NCBI GenBank assembly: GCA_045593065.1
Contig: JAZNVZ010000005.1
Coordinates: 37,872 to 101,871, forward strand
Direction: 5' to 3'
Length of the DNA: 64,000 nt
Origin: Candidatus Enterousia sp.
GTDB taxonomy: Bacteria; Pseudomonadota; Alphaproteobacteria; Rs-D84
Numbering within the stretch: the first letter of the stretch is position 1; every line of letters begins with the position of its first letter. Position numbers and translations under genes: made by a program. The notes under the pieces were generated by a model, which saw only the letters and a list, made by a program, of their open reading frames with translations, was not told the origin of the DNA and made no database searches. Below, one piece after another: positions 1 to 8,317 of the stretch.

Positions 1-809
1 AACAGTTCCGGGTTTTTCACACTGCCTAACCGGGTTGAGCCACGCCCATACACAGGGTCGCACAATACCGGAAACCCGTGTGCAGATAAATGTACCCTGA
101 TTTGATGAGTTCGGCCAGTTAGCAAATTGCATTTGAAATGAGAAACACCCGCCCGCGCCCATGCGTCAACCACCATAACCTCGGTCGTGGCGGGTTTGCC
201 CCCAGATTTTACCATCGTCATTTTTTGACGATTCCGGGACGAACGCGCAATGTTCCCGGTTATTGTCGCAGATTCCCAATTCGGCACACCCCATACAAAC
301 GCATCATATTTACGGGTCAAATCGTGGGTCGAAAATATTTTTACCAATTCACGATATGCGGCATCCGTTTTCGCAAAGACCATAACGCCGGATGTATCTT
401 TGTCCAAACGATGAACCACCCCAGGTCGCACATCGCCACCCAATGATGACAAATTCGTATAGCACAACAGATTTTGAACCAATGTGCCTGTTTTGTTCCC
501 CGCAGATGGGTACATCACAACACCACGCGGTTTGTTTATGACAATGATATCATCGTCTTGGTATAAAATGTCCAAATCAAAATCACAAGATAAATTATCC
601 GCAGCCGCCGATGCACGCGGCGCGTCTGGCACAATAACAATATACAATTCGCCCGCCCTGACCTTGTCCGCCATTTTTACCGCCGCACCAGACCGCGACA
701 CCGAAAACTTTTGAATCTCGCTGCGTGAAAATTCTGGCATTTTATTGGCAAGAAATTTATCCAGGCGCAATCCAACATCGTCATCGTTCACAATAAATTC
801 ATGCTGCAT
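1..809 (-). CDS. rluD: RluA-family rRNA pseudouridine synthase (RluD-like); C-terminal end runs off the window
   Basis: Hand translation of the minus strand from ATG at 809: MQHEFIVNDDDVGLRLDKFLANK (S4-like N-term), HRLDKDTSGVMVFAKT catalytic-Asp motif, LLTGRTHQIRVHL. Absent from the ORF track because no stop lies inside the window. Confidence 0.85.
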   Translation of the reverse strand, partial: MQHEFIVNDDDVGLRLDKFLANKMPEFSRSEIQKFSVSRSGAAVKMADKVRAGELYIVIVPDAPRASAAADNLSCDFDLDILYQDDDIIVINKPRGVVMYPSAGNKTGTLVQNLLCYTNLSSLGGDVRPGVVHRLDKDTSGVMVFAKTDAAYRELVKIFSTHDLTRKYDAFVWGVPNWESATITGNIARSSRNRQKMTMVKSGGKPATTEVMVVDAWARAGVSHFKCNLLTGRTHQIRVHLSAHGFPVLCDPVYGRGSTRLGSVKNPEL

Positions 810-819
810 CAATATCCCT

Positions 820-1287
820 TTATTTATATTCACGCCAATCAGGCCCGCGCGTACATTTCGACAAATCAATCTTTAATTCATAATCGCCAGATACAGGACA
901 ATTTAAAACCCCAGTCGTTTCTGCCTGAATCGCATCAGCGGTCGCATTGCGCCATGCAAAACTGACCATTTTGGGTGCATGCACACACACCAATCGCAAT
1001 GTCCCAACTGCATCGCCACGCGGCGATACCCAGATGCGGACAGAGTCCGCCTCGCCATAACAGGGAAATGAATCCAGGTAATATAAAACCAAACCATTTT
1101 TTAACAATGCTGGGGTGCCACCGGAAAATTTTCCTGTGTATTGCGATAACGGTAAACCCGTAACCCCAGCCCAATCAACAGTTGTGGAAAATAAACTGAC
1201 CCGTGGGGCAGGCGGTATCGTGTTTATGTCGTCTGCAAACGCAGGTATACAAATTAAACACAACAAAAGTGCAACCAATTTTTTCAT
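820..1287 (-). CDS. Hypothetical secreted protein, 155 aa, 4 mature Cys
   Basis: ORF with Sec signal MKKLVALLLCLICIPAFA|DD. 4-nt overlap with the upstream ORF and 10 nt before rluD. No family recognised. Confidence 0.6.
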   Translation of the reverse strand: MKKLVALLLCLICIPAFADDINTIPPAPRVSLFSTTVDWAGVTGLPLSQYTGKFSGGTPALLKNGLVLYYLDSFPCYGEADSVRIWVSPRGDAVGTLRLVCVHAPKMVSFAWRNATADAIQAETTGVLNCPVSGDYELKIDLSKCTRGPDWREYK

Positions 1288-1796
1288 TTTTCAAAATCCC
1301 CCAATTTCACAACAATCTTTTTAACACCCACAGACGGCGCACGCAATGTATAAACAAACGGTACACGCGCACCCGCGTCCAGTAATGTCGCCGGCGGATT
1401 AAATTGTTCGCCACTGTTTATTTGACGGCCATCCCCATCATATGTTACTACTATCAAATTTGGCGCACCGTAAATTGCATCAGTCCTGTTTTCTAGAATC
1501 CCAGATACAATGAAATGTTTTATGCCATTTGCATCAGGTGCCAATTCTGTTTTTACAATCGATGCAACCAGTGGATTTTTTACCACAGAATTTGCACGAT
1601 AATGCGTTATCACCACAATCGTAAATATTATCGCAGACAGTAATGCACACACCGCCGCCAGAAAAACCATAAATTGATTCTTGCGATTCGGGGTTCGAAC
1701 CATCCAACGATGACCACAAATTGCACACCGCACAGGCGTTGCTGGAATTTTATCCAATGTATATTCTGTTTTACAAAAATCGCATTTTATCTTCAT
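1284..1796 (-). CDS. Zinc-ribbon (MJ0042-type) membrane protein with DUF3426-like C-terminal domain
   Basis: MKIKCDFCKTEYTL..VRCAICGHRW (CxxC..CxxC), then TM helix FMVFLAAVCALLSAIIFTIVVI, then a beta-rich C-domain. ATG at 1796 preferred; GTG at 1817 is possible. Confidence 0.65.
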   Translation of the reverse strand: MKIKCDFCKTEYTLDKIPATPVRCAICGHRWMVRTPNRKNQFMVFLAAVCALLSAIIFTIVVITHYRANSVVKNPLVASIVKTELAPDANGIKHFIVSGILENRTDAIYGAPNLIVVTYDGDGRQINSGEQFNPPATLLDAGARVPFVYTLRAPSVGVKKIVVKLGDFEK

Positions 1797-1820
1797 GTTA
1801 ACACCATTATATATCACAAT

Positions 1821-3137
1821 TTATTGCAATTTCAACAAACTATATTTTGCACGAACATCTGCGGCAATTCCAGATAATGCGTTCAGGTAATCTGCGGCGG
1901 TCGCGTTTGGATTGCTGACCAATGCAGCAAATCGGCGACCGGCCGTGGTTTTCGAATCAAATTCTGCATGCCCCAGATATGAAATCATACGATTTAAATC
2001 CCCCAGATACAGGTCTGCAAAACTGGCCGTGCCCGCCACAGCATCCCAATAATAATTCGAATTCGATGGGTCCAGAACTTTACTGGCCACGGTTAATCGC
2101 GGCGTGACAGAACCTGCATAACCAACCGTTACTTGCATGGCATTAATACTGCCATAACGCATACGCAACGAACCGTTAACTGTTAAAATTACAGGTTTGG
2201 CATCTGGGTTGTCGATGGTCAATGCCGGCAATGTCAAATTCGTTACATATAAATCATTCGTGGTGAACGATGAAAATTTTCCTGTGTCTGTTAATGATAA
2301 ACGGCCAGATATTTCCATGCCCCTGGAATCAGATGTCAATATACCTGATACAGTTGCGGTCTTGGTATAAAATTCGCCGTCAATCGTGGTGCGATTATCA
2401 AATATTATTTCCCGAGATTTAATTTTACTGACCGTTAAAAATTCATCAAACGAACCAGACATAAAATTTACATTCGCCGCCCCAACAATATCACGTCCCC
2501 CAAGGTTTAATGCAGAACGCATCGTTGCATCTTCGGCATTATCAGTCGGCATGCGCCACAAATATAACGCGTTATCACGATTAACCGGCGTGGTACTGAC
2601 AATGCCGCGGTCTGCATTCACACCTAAATCAGCCACAGACGCATGCCATGCCCCATTTGCGCCGTATGCCTGGTTGCCTTGGACGAAACCAACATGACCA
2701 CCCGCCAGATTCAAAATTTGATGTGTACGAAACGGCGTAATTTTATCAGAATCATAAACCACAACACCCTGCAAAGTTGATTGACCTTGGAAATCGCGCG
2801 ATTTAACAACGCGTAATTGGTATTTGTTTTCTGGATTGTTTATAATACCGTCTGGTAATCCATATTGTTCTAAGGCCGTCATTTCAACACGAATAATACG
2901 CCGTCCGCCAGATTGCATCAATGTTTCGCGATTTTCAATAATGTATCTTTCCAGCGCATTTTGAACATCAGTCATTTGTTTTGTAATTGCAATATTTTCA
3001 CTGCGCTCAATCGCAGCGCGTTGATATTTAAAAACAAACGGAATTATTAACATCGCGATTGCAACACTCAACAACAATTCAACCAGCATATTTCCGCTTT
3101 GTGATTTATGCGATAAAAATTTATCTTTCTTGTTCAT
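1821..3137 (-). CDS. Large prepilin-like protein (438 aa), class III signal, paralog 3
   Basis: N-term MNKKDKFLSHKSQSG|NMLVELLLSVAIAMLIIPF (Gly -1, Glu +5, hydrophobic helix). Shares motifs with the two upstream ORFs. Directly abuts the previous stop (3138). Confidence 0.7.
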   Translation of the reverse strand: MNKKDKFLSHKSQSGNMLVELLLSVAIAMLIIPFVFKYQRAAIERSENIAITKQMTDVQNALERYIIENRETLMQSGGRRIIRVEMTALEQYGLPDGIINNPENKYQLRVVKSRDFQGQSTLQGVVVYDSDKITPFRTHQILNLAGGHVGFVQGNQAYGANGAWHASVADLGVNADRGIVSTTPVNRDNALYLWRMPTDNAEDATMRSALNLGGRDIVGAANVNFMSGSFDEFLTVSKIKSREIIFDNRTTIDGEFYTKTATVSGILTSDSRGMEISGRLSLTDTGKFSSFTTNDLYVTNLTLPALTIDNPDAKPVILTVNGSLRMRYGSINAMQVTVGYAGSVTPRLTVASKVLDPSNSNYYWDAVAGTASFADLYLGDLNRMISYLGHAEFDSKTTAGRRFAALVSNPNATAADYLNALSGIAADVRAKYSLLKLQ

Positions 3138-4397
3138 TTATTGACCCACACTTTCTTTGGTTTGCCAATCACTGGACATAATTGCACTGAATTCGTCCTT
3201 GTTCGGTGTTGGTGTTATTTTTGCACGACCAATTTTCAAACTAGCAAATGACGGTAGTTGATTTGATGGAAATGACCAACCCCCAATTCTTAATGGCGCA
3301 ACCCCAGAAACCAACAATTCCCCAGATACAGTTATACCAAAATCGCCATAAAACATCATATCCCCCGCATTTACATATGGGGTGTATACCGAATTAGATG
3401 ATATGGCAGTAAACGAATCGATTGTTCTGCTGGTTGATGATTTTATTTTGAATAAATTTCCAATTTTTACAGAATTTTTAACCACAGCCCTGTCCGCAAT
3501 TATCGCCCCAGAATTACTGAAACTGTTGCCATTTAAATTATCTGCGGTAATTGTATTAAAACCACTGATGTCGCCCAATGCACGAATTGTTTCGATTGTG
3601 GCGTATGTTCCTTGAATATTAGCGCCCGATGAAAAATAAACAGAATCCGCATTAACATCATCGCCGCGAATAAATGTTGCATTTGTGTTTTTTGCAACCA
3701 CAGAATTTGCATCCAGTGCGCCAACATTCAATATGTCTTTGCCGCCCATATTTAAATTACGAAACATCGCATTAAGGTTGTTTGTTTTATCTGGGGTGTC
3801 GGTATTTTTATTTTTTGATGTCGCATCGCCACTGGTTGTGTCTGTTGCGCTGCGATGTAAAAAGTTTGTCCTGTCTTGGGTAGAAAAATTATGTGATATG
3901 CGATAAATCAAAAATCCCGGTTCAAATTGGGGCGCAGATACCGCCCAATTATTACCGTATGCAATTCCATCTTCGCCAACAACGGCGGCATCACTGCCAA
4001 TTTGATGTGCAATTTGATTTGTACGAACCGCAGATTTTGATATATCAAACGCCAAATATATATCTGTAATTGTTGTGTCGTTATATTTACGCCGGTCAAT
4101 AATTCCAGCCGTAATAGACGGTGAAATTTCTTGCAAATTTTCAGGGGTCAAAATGATTTCAATCGTATCGGGCCAATCCTGTTGATTTGTGCGCACAAAG
4201 TTTAATGTATCATTTTGCAAATCAACAATTTTCTGTGCCATCGATATATTTGCAATATCGTTATGAGTGTTTTGGATTTGCTTGTACATAAAAGGTGCCG
4301 CAACAGCAATAATTGATATGGTTAAAACAACCTCTATCAACGATGCACCACGCGACACATTATTAAAAATTTTTGTTTTAGATACAATCACTGCCAC
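3138..4397 (-). CDS. Large prepilin-like protein (419 aa), class III signal, paralog 2
   Basis: N-term ..KIFNNVSRG|ASLIEVVLTISIIAVAAPF (Gly -1, Glu +5). Central NLNMGGKDILNVG motif. 20-nt overlap with the upstream ORF. Confidence 0.7.
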   Translation of the reverse strand: MAVIVSKTKIFNNVSRGASLIEVVLTISIIAVAAPFMYKQIQNTHNDIANISMAQKIVDLQNDTLNFVRTNQQDWPDTIEIILTPENLQEISPSITAGIIDRRKYNDTTITDIYLAFDISKSAVRTNQIAHQIGSDAAVVGEDGIAYGNNWAVSAPQFEPGFLIYRISHNFSTQDRTNFLHRSATDTTSGDATSKNKNTDTPDKTNNLNAMFRNLNMGGKDILNVGALDANSVVAKNTNATFIRGDDVNADSVYFSSGANIQGTYATIETIRALGDISGFNTITADNLNGNSFSNSGAIIADRAVVKNSVKIGNLFKIKSSTSRTIDSFTAISSNSVYTPYVNAGDMMFYGDFGITVSGELLVSGVAPLRIGGWSFPSNQLPSFASLKIGRAKITPTPNKDEFSAIMSSDWQTKESVGQ

Positions 4398-5733
4398 CTG
4401 CCATTAAACATTGTTTTGCGTTTATTCTTTGTTCTAGTCGCATCCAAAATAAATATTCGCACAATATATGTTGTGCCAACGATGCAGAATTATATGTTTC
4501 GCCCACAGCATTTACAACCGTTTTACAATCCATTGTTGCATCATCATCGCGTTTAGGATTTTTTAAAATTGCAAACGCATCATTATTTATGCCGTCAACC
4601 TGAACATCTGGCAATACGGTGGTACCCGCAGGACGAATATCAATAATCGCCGCACCTGTTTGACCAGAATCCAATGCACGCGATGTTTGATCGCGCAAAG
4701 TAATATGCGATGCAACCATATTATCCACAGTTATTCCGCTGGTTGCGTTGTATGTTATATTGTCGTCATTGATATACGCATCTTGACCACTGCTGACATT
4801 CAAATAAGACCCAACCTCTAGGCGTTCAACCGCCAATGCGACATAATCTGTTTCCATACTGCCACGGACATCCCATTTAATTGGCCCTGTAAAACCCGTA
4901 TAGCCCGCCGTGATATCAAAAGAATCAACGGATGCAGAATTTGATTCAAAATTTCCTGTACTGCCATATCGAGAAACAGTTTTTCCAAAAACATTGTTTG
5001 CCTTTAACGAACCGCGCGTTAACGCCAACGCAGAACCGCCAGATTTTGATTGAAATATTGTCTTGCCCGCCGATAATTTTTGAATTTTATTTTTAGAATT
5101 TCTTTCTGTTTCATTCCCAAATATATTTAATGTGTCAAACGCGGCTGTTTCCGCAACCAGATTATGCCCAATAACATTATTAATGTTTTCAATGGAAAAA
5201 TTATTCATATCTAAATCTGTTAAAAATGCAGAATTCAACACATCCGATTCGTTGCGGCGAACAACATCTTGATATAATGTATTTAACGGCACCCCAACCA
5301 TCAACCCAGATGTTGTGCGTTCTGCATAAAAACCGATTCTGCGAACCATTTCTGCAATTTGCATCCCGGTTAATTTTCCACCGTCTATCATCAATGTACC
5401 ACCAACGCCAGTATCATCTTTGTCCACAACCAAATAAATATTTTGGCCAAACGCAGTTTGTGGAATATATCCCAATGGTAATCCATACGGTTCCAATGTA
5501 TCTGCAAAATCATTACCACTAATTATTGTTTTCCCATATGGCAAAGTATCAACATTTTCACGAATAAAAATACGCGCCGCAGTCCCCGCAACATCAATCT
5601 GGTGCACAGAAGAATACATTTTGGCATCTATATCATTTGCAATCATGCGGTTTGTTAAAACCGGCACAAACACAAACATCAACGATATTGCCAATAATGC
5701 TTGTAATAAAAAATTTCCCTGCTGTGTACGCAC
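4378..5733 (-). CDS. Large prepilin-like protein (451 aa), class III-like signal, paralog 1; Cys-rich C-terminus
   Basis: GTG start. MRTQQG|NFLLQALLAISLMFVFVPVL (Gly -1, Gln at +5). EPYGLPLG and DLDMNNFSIENINNV motifs shared with the paralogs. 4 Cys in the last 60 aa. Confidence 0.65.
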   Translation of the reverse strand: MRTQQGNFLLQALLAISLMFVFVPVLTNRMIANDIDAKMYSSVHQIDVAGTAARIFIRENVDTLPYGKTIISGNDFADTLEPYGLPLGYIPQTAFGQNIYLVVDKDDTGVGGTLMIDGGKLTGMQIAEMVRRIGFYAERTTSGLMVGVPLNTLYQDVVRRNESDVLNSAFLTDLDMNNFSIENINNVIGHNLVAETAAFDTLNIFGNETERNSKNKIQKLSAGKTIFQSKSGGSALALTRGSLKANNVFGKTVSRYGSTGNFESNSASVDSFDITAGYTGFTGPIKWDVRGSMETDYVALAVERLEVGSYLNVSSGQDAYINDDNITYNATSGITVDNMVASHITLRDQTSRALDSGQTGAAIIDIRPAGTTVLPDVQVDGINNDAFAILKNPKRDDDATMDCKTVVNAVGETYNSASLAQHILCEYLFWMRLEQRINAKQCLMAGGSDCI

Positions 5734-5891
5734 CCCCGATTCCCCTACATCAAAACAATTTATATATGTTTAGGTTAGCAACAGAAAAAAAATATTGCAA
5801 TCAGTTTTAAGATGATTTATGATTATTTTGTTGTCGGTTGATTTTTATAAATAATAACCGTATTTTTAACTTAAATTATAAAAGAACAAAA

Positions 5892-6227
5892 ATGCAAAAT
5901 AAAAAAAATCAGTCATCTGTTGGTTTGATGATTCAACGTTGTCATAAATGGCGCATGCGCCGGAAACAATTAACTGACCAGGCACGCACAACCGCGGACG
6001 AAATTGAACGCGAACGGCTGCTCCAGGCGGCAGAACATTGTGTCCGTATGACAAACGCTGAACAGGAAAAAATTGATTCTATGCGCGACAGCAAAGACAA
6101 GGCCGCCGTGGCTGAGGCCGAGGCCGCCGTTGCCGCCGCTGAAAAAGGTGCAAACGAAAATGCTGACACCAAACAGGATGAAGATGAAGAAATGGGCTTT
6201 CCTGATTTCATAACAAATTTGAATTAA
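5892..6227 (+). CDS. Hypothetical small coiled-coil protein with acidic C-terminal tail
   Basis: ORF 5838-6227; ATG at 5892 preferred. Charged helical sequence ending DEDEEMGFPDFITNLN. No clear SD. Overlapped by two antisense ORFs, so coding status is uncertain. Confidence 0.4.
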   Translation: MQNKKNQSSVGLMIQRCHKWRMRRKQLTDQARTTADEIERERLLQAAEHCVRMTNAEQEKIDSMRDSKDKAAVAEAEAAVAAAEKGANENADTKQDEDEEMGFPDFITNLN

Positions 6228-6298
6228 AAACTTGTTCACTTAATTGTTGAAATTTTACTTTTCTTTGGTATGCTGAATACCACAAGGAAAGTTTTAAC

Positions 6299-7834
6299 AT
6301 GGACAATAATTATACAGTACTGGCACGCAAATACCGCAGTCAAGATTTTAAATCGCTGATTGGACAAGATGTTTTGGTAAAAACACTGACCACGGCCATT
6401 AACACTGGACGTATTGCACACGCATATATTTTTACAGGAATTCGGGGAACTGGAAAAACCAGTACTGCGCGAATCCTGGCCAAGGCGTTAAATTGCTTGT
6501 CGGCAAATGGTCCAACCGCCGAGCCATGTGGCGTATGCGAAAATTGTCGTGCGATTGCGGCGGGTCAACATATTGATGTTATGGAAATTGATGCGGCATC
6601 GCATACCGGCGTTGATAATATTCGCGATATTTTGGATGCGGCACAATATCGTCCAACAAACGGTCGATACAAGGTATATATAATTGACGAAGTACATATG
6701 TTATCAACCGCGGCGTTTAATGCGTTGTTAAAAACACTGGAAGAACCACCTGCACATGTCATATTTATTTTGGCAACAACCGAAATTCGCAAAGTACCAA
6801 TTACTATATTGTCGCGCTGTCAACGCTTTGATTTGGTTCGTGTGCCTGTTGAAACATTAAAAAAACATTTTGCATGGATTGCATCCCAAGAAAATATTGA
6901 TTTATCAGATGCCGCAGACGAATTATTGGCGCGCGCCGCCGATGGTTCTGTGCGCGATGGATTATCTTTGTTGGACCAGGCAATCGCACAAACCGGTGGC
7001 CATGTTGATGAACAATCTGTGATGGAAATGTTAAAACGCGCAGACCGTAATGTCGTTGTTGATTTTATGGATACTATTTTATCTGGGGATACGGCGCGGG
7101 CGTTGGAAATGACAGATACAATTTATACAAATGGCGCCGATTTAACAATGCTGTTGACAGATATGATGGAATGGACCCATTGGGCAACACGCATGCATCC
7201 AGCCATTAACGCAGGCGAATGCACCAGTTCACCATATACCGCTGACCAACGCGAAAAAATTCGCAATATTGATGCACGCGTGTCATTAAATACCCTGTCC
7301 CGTGTTTGGCAGGTTATGGTGGCTGCTGTCAGCGAAATGCAGGTTGCCGGAAATCAAAAACAATGTTTTGATATGCTGGTTGTGCGAATGATGCATATTG
7401 CCGATATGCCATCTGTCGCAGAAATATTGAAAAACAATACTGTTGCGCAAACTGTACCACAACCTGCCAAGGTCGCAGAATCAAAACCTGTGGTTAACAA
7501 CACAATAAATTCCGCAGATGAATTGGGTGCCGCAATGCAAAATGACAAACAGATATTGTTATACACATACTTTTGTGAAAATATCGAGGTGTGCAATATC
7601 GAAAACGGCAAATTAAATTATTTCGACAGAAAAGGCGACCCAGATTTTGCACATAAATTGGCAACATGGTTGGAACAACACACTGGCAAACGATGGGTGT
7701 TAGAACATTCTGCAACATCTTGCAATATGCCAACGGCGGTTGAACATAAACAGCAAGAATTGGCGGCTGACCCAATGATGGCCAGTGCAATGGGATTGTT
7801 CGAGGGCGCAGAAATAATCAATGTATCTAAATAA
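6299..7834 (+). CDS. dnaX: DNA polymerase III subunit gamma/tau
   Basis: GIRGTGKTSTARILAKALNC Walker A, Zn module CGVCENCRAI, VYIIDEVHMLS Walker B, SRCQRFD sensor. Confidence 0.95.
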   Translation: MDNNYTVLARKYRSQDFKSLIGQDVLVKTLTTAINTGRIAHAYIFTGIRGTGKTSTARILAKALNCLSANGPTAEPCGVCENCRAIAAGQHIDVMEIDAASHTGVDNIRDILDAAQYRPTNGRYKVYIIDEVHMLSTAAFNALLKTLEEPPAHVIFILATTEIRKVPITILSRCQRFDLVRVPVETLKKHFAWIASQENIDLSDAADELLARAADGSVRDGLSLLDQAIAQTGGHVDEQSVMEMLKRADRNVVVDFMDTILSGDTARALEMTDTIYTNGADLTMLLTDMMEWTHWATRMHPAINAGECTSSPYTADQREKIRNIDARVSLNTLSRVWQVMVAAVSEMQVAGNQKQCFDMLVVRMMHIADMPSVAEILKNNTVAQTVPQPAKVAESKPVVNNTINSADELGAAMQNDKQILLYTYFCENIEVCNIENGKLNYFDRKGDPDFAHKLATWLEQHTGKRWVLEHSATSCNMPTAVEHKQQELAADPMMASAMGLFEGAEIINVSK

Positions 7835-7855
7835 TTTATGATATTGGGGGGACAA

Positions 7856-8314
7856 ATGAAAACAGAATCAGGACGTTCTTTGATTGAAATGCTGGGGGTG
7901 TTGGCGATTGGCGGCGTGATGACGGCGGCGGCATATGGTACATATCACATGTTGCGCACATCACAAACACGGAACTTGGCAATATCACATATGGAACAAA
8001 TTGCACGCAATACAAAAATATTGTTAGAAATGCGCGGCGATTACAGTCCTGTGTCGATTGATTATTTAATAAAAAATGGTGCATTAACAGATAACATCGC
8101 GCCTATTGGTGGTGATAATTGGTCAATTACGCCTGGGGTTCGTGGCGAAACATTCGCGATAAACCTGACAGATTTGTCCCAGGGCGATTGCATATATTTT
8201 GCAACCAAAGAAATAAAATGGGCTTTGCAAGTTAATGTGAACAATATTCCAAACGGCCGCAGCGAAAGTTGTATGTCTGCGCCAAAAAATTTAATATCTG
8301 TTATTGTTAAATAA
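7856..8314 (+). CDS. Type IV pilin-like protein (normal size, about 152 aa)
   Basis: MKTESG|RSLIEMLGVLAIGGVMTAAAY (Gly -1, Glu +5). C-terminal Cys pair (GDC..ESC) like a pilin D-region. GGGGGG SD-like run before ATG 7856; the ORF could start at 7838. Confidence 0.7.
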   Translation: MKTESGRSLIEMLGVLAIGGVMTAAAYGTYHMLRTSQTRNLAISHMEQIARNTKILLEMRGDYSPVSIDYLIKNGALTDNIAPIGGDNWSITPGVRGETFAINLTDLSQGDCIYFATKEIKWALQVNVNNIPNGRSESCMSAPKNLISVIVK

Positions 8315-8317
8315 AAA

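Noticed and set aside
4721-4729. Perfect DnaA box TTATCCACA
   Set aside because: It is a single copy inside the coding sequence of the 451-aa prepilin-like gene, with no cluster and no AT-rich unwinding element. It is a chance occurrence.
6859-6865. A AAA AAA slippery heptamer in dnaX as a possible gamma-subunit frameshift site
   Set aside because: It lies at codon 187-189, far upstream of the domain III/IV boundary where tau/gamma frameshifting occurs. A -1 shift would stop after about 12 codons and give a product lacking domain III, and there is no downstream stem-loop.
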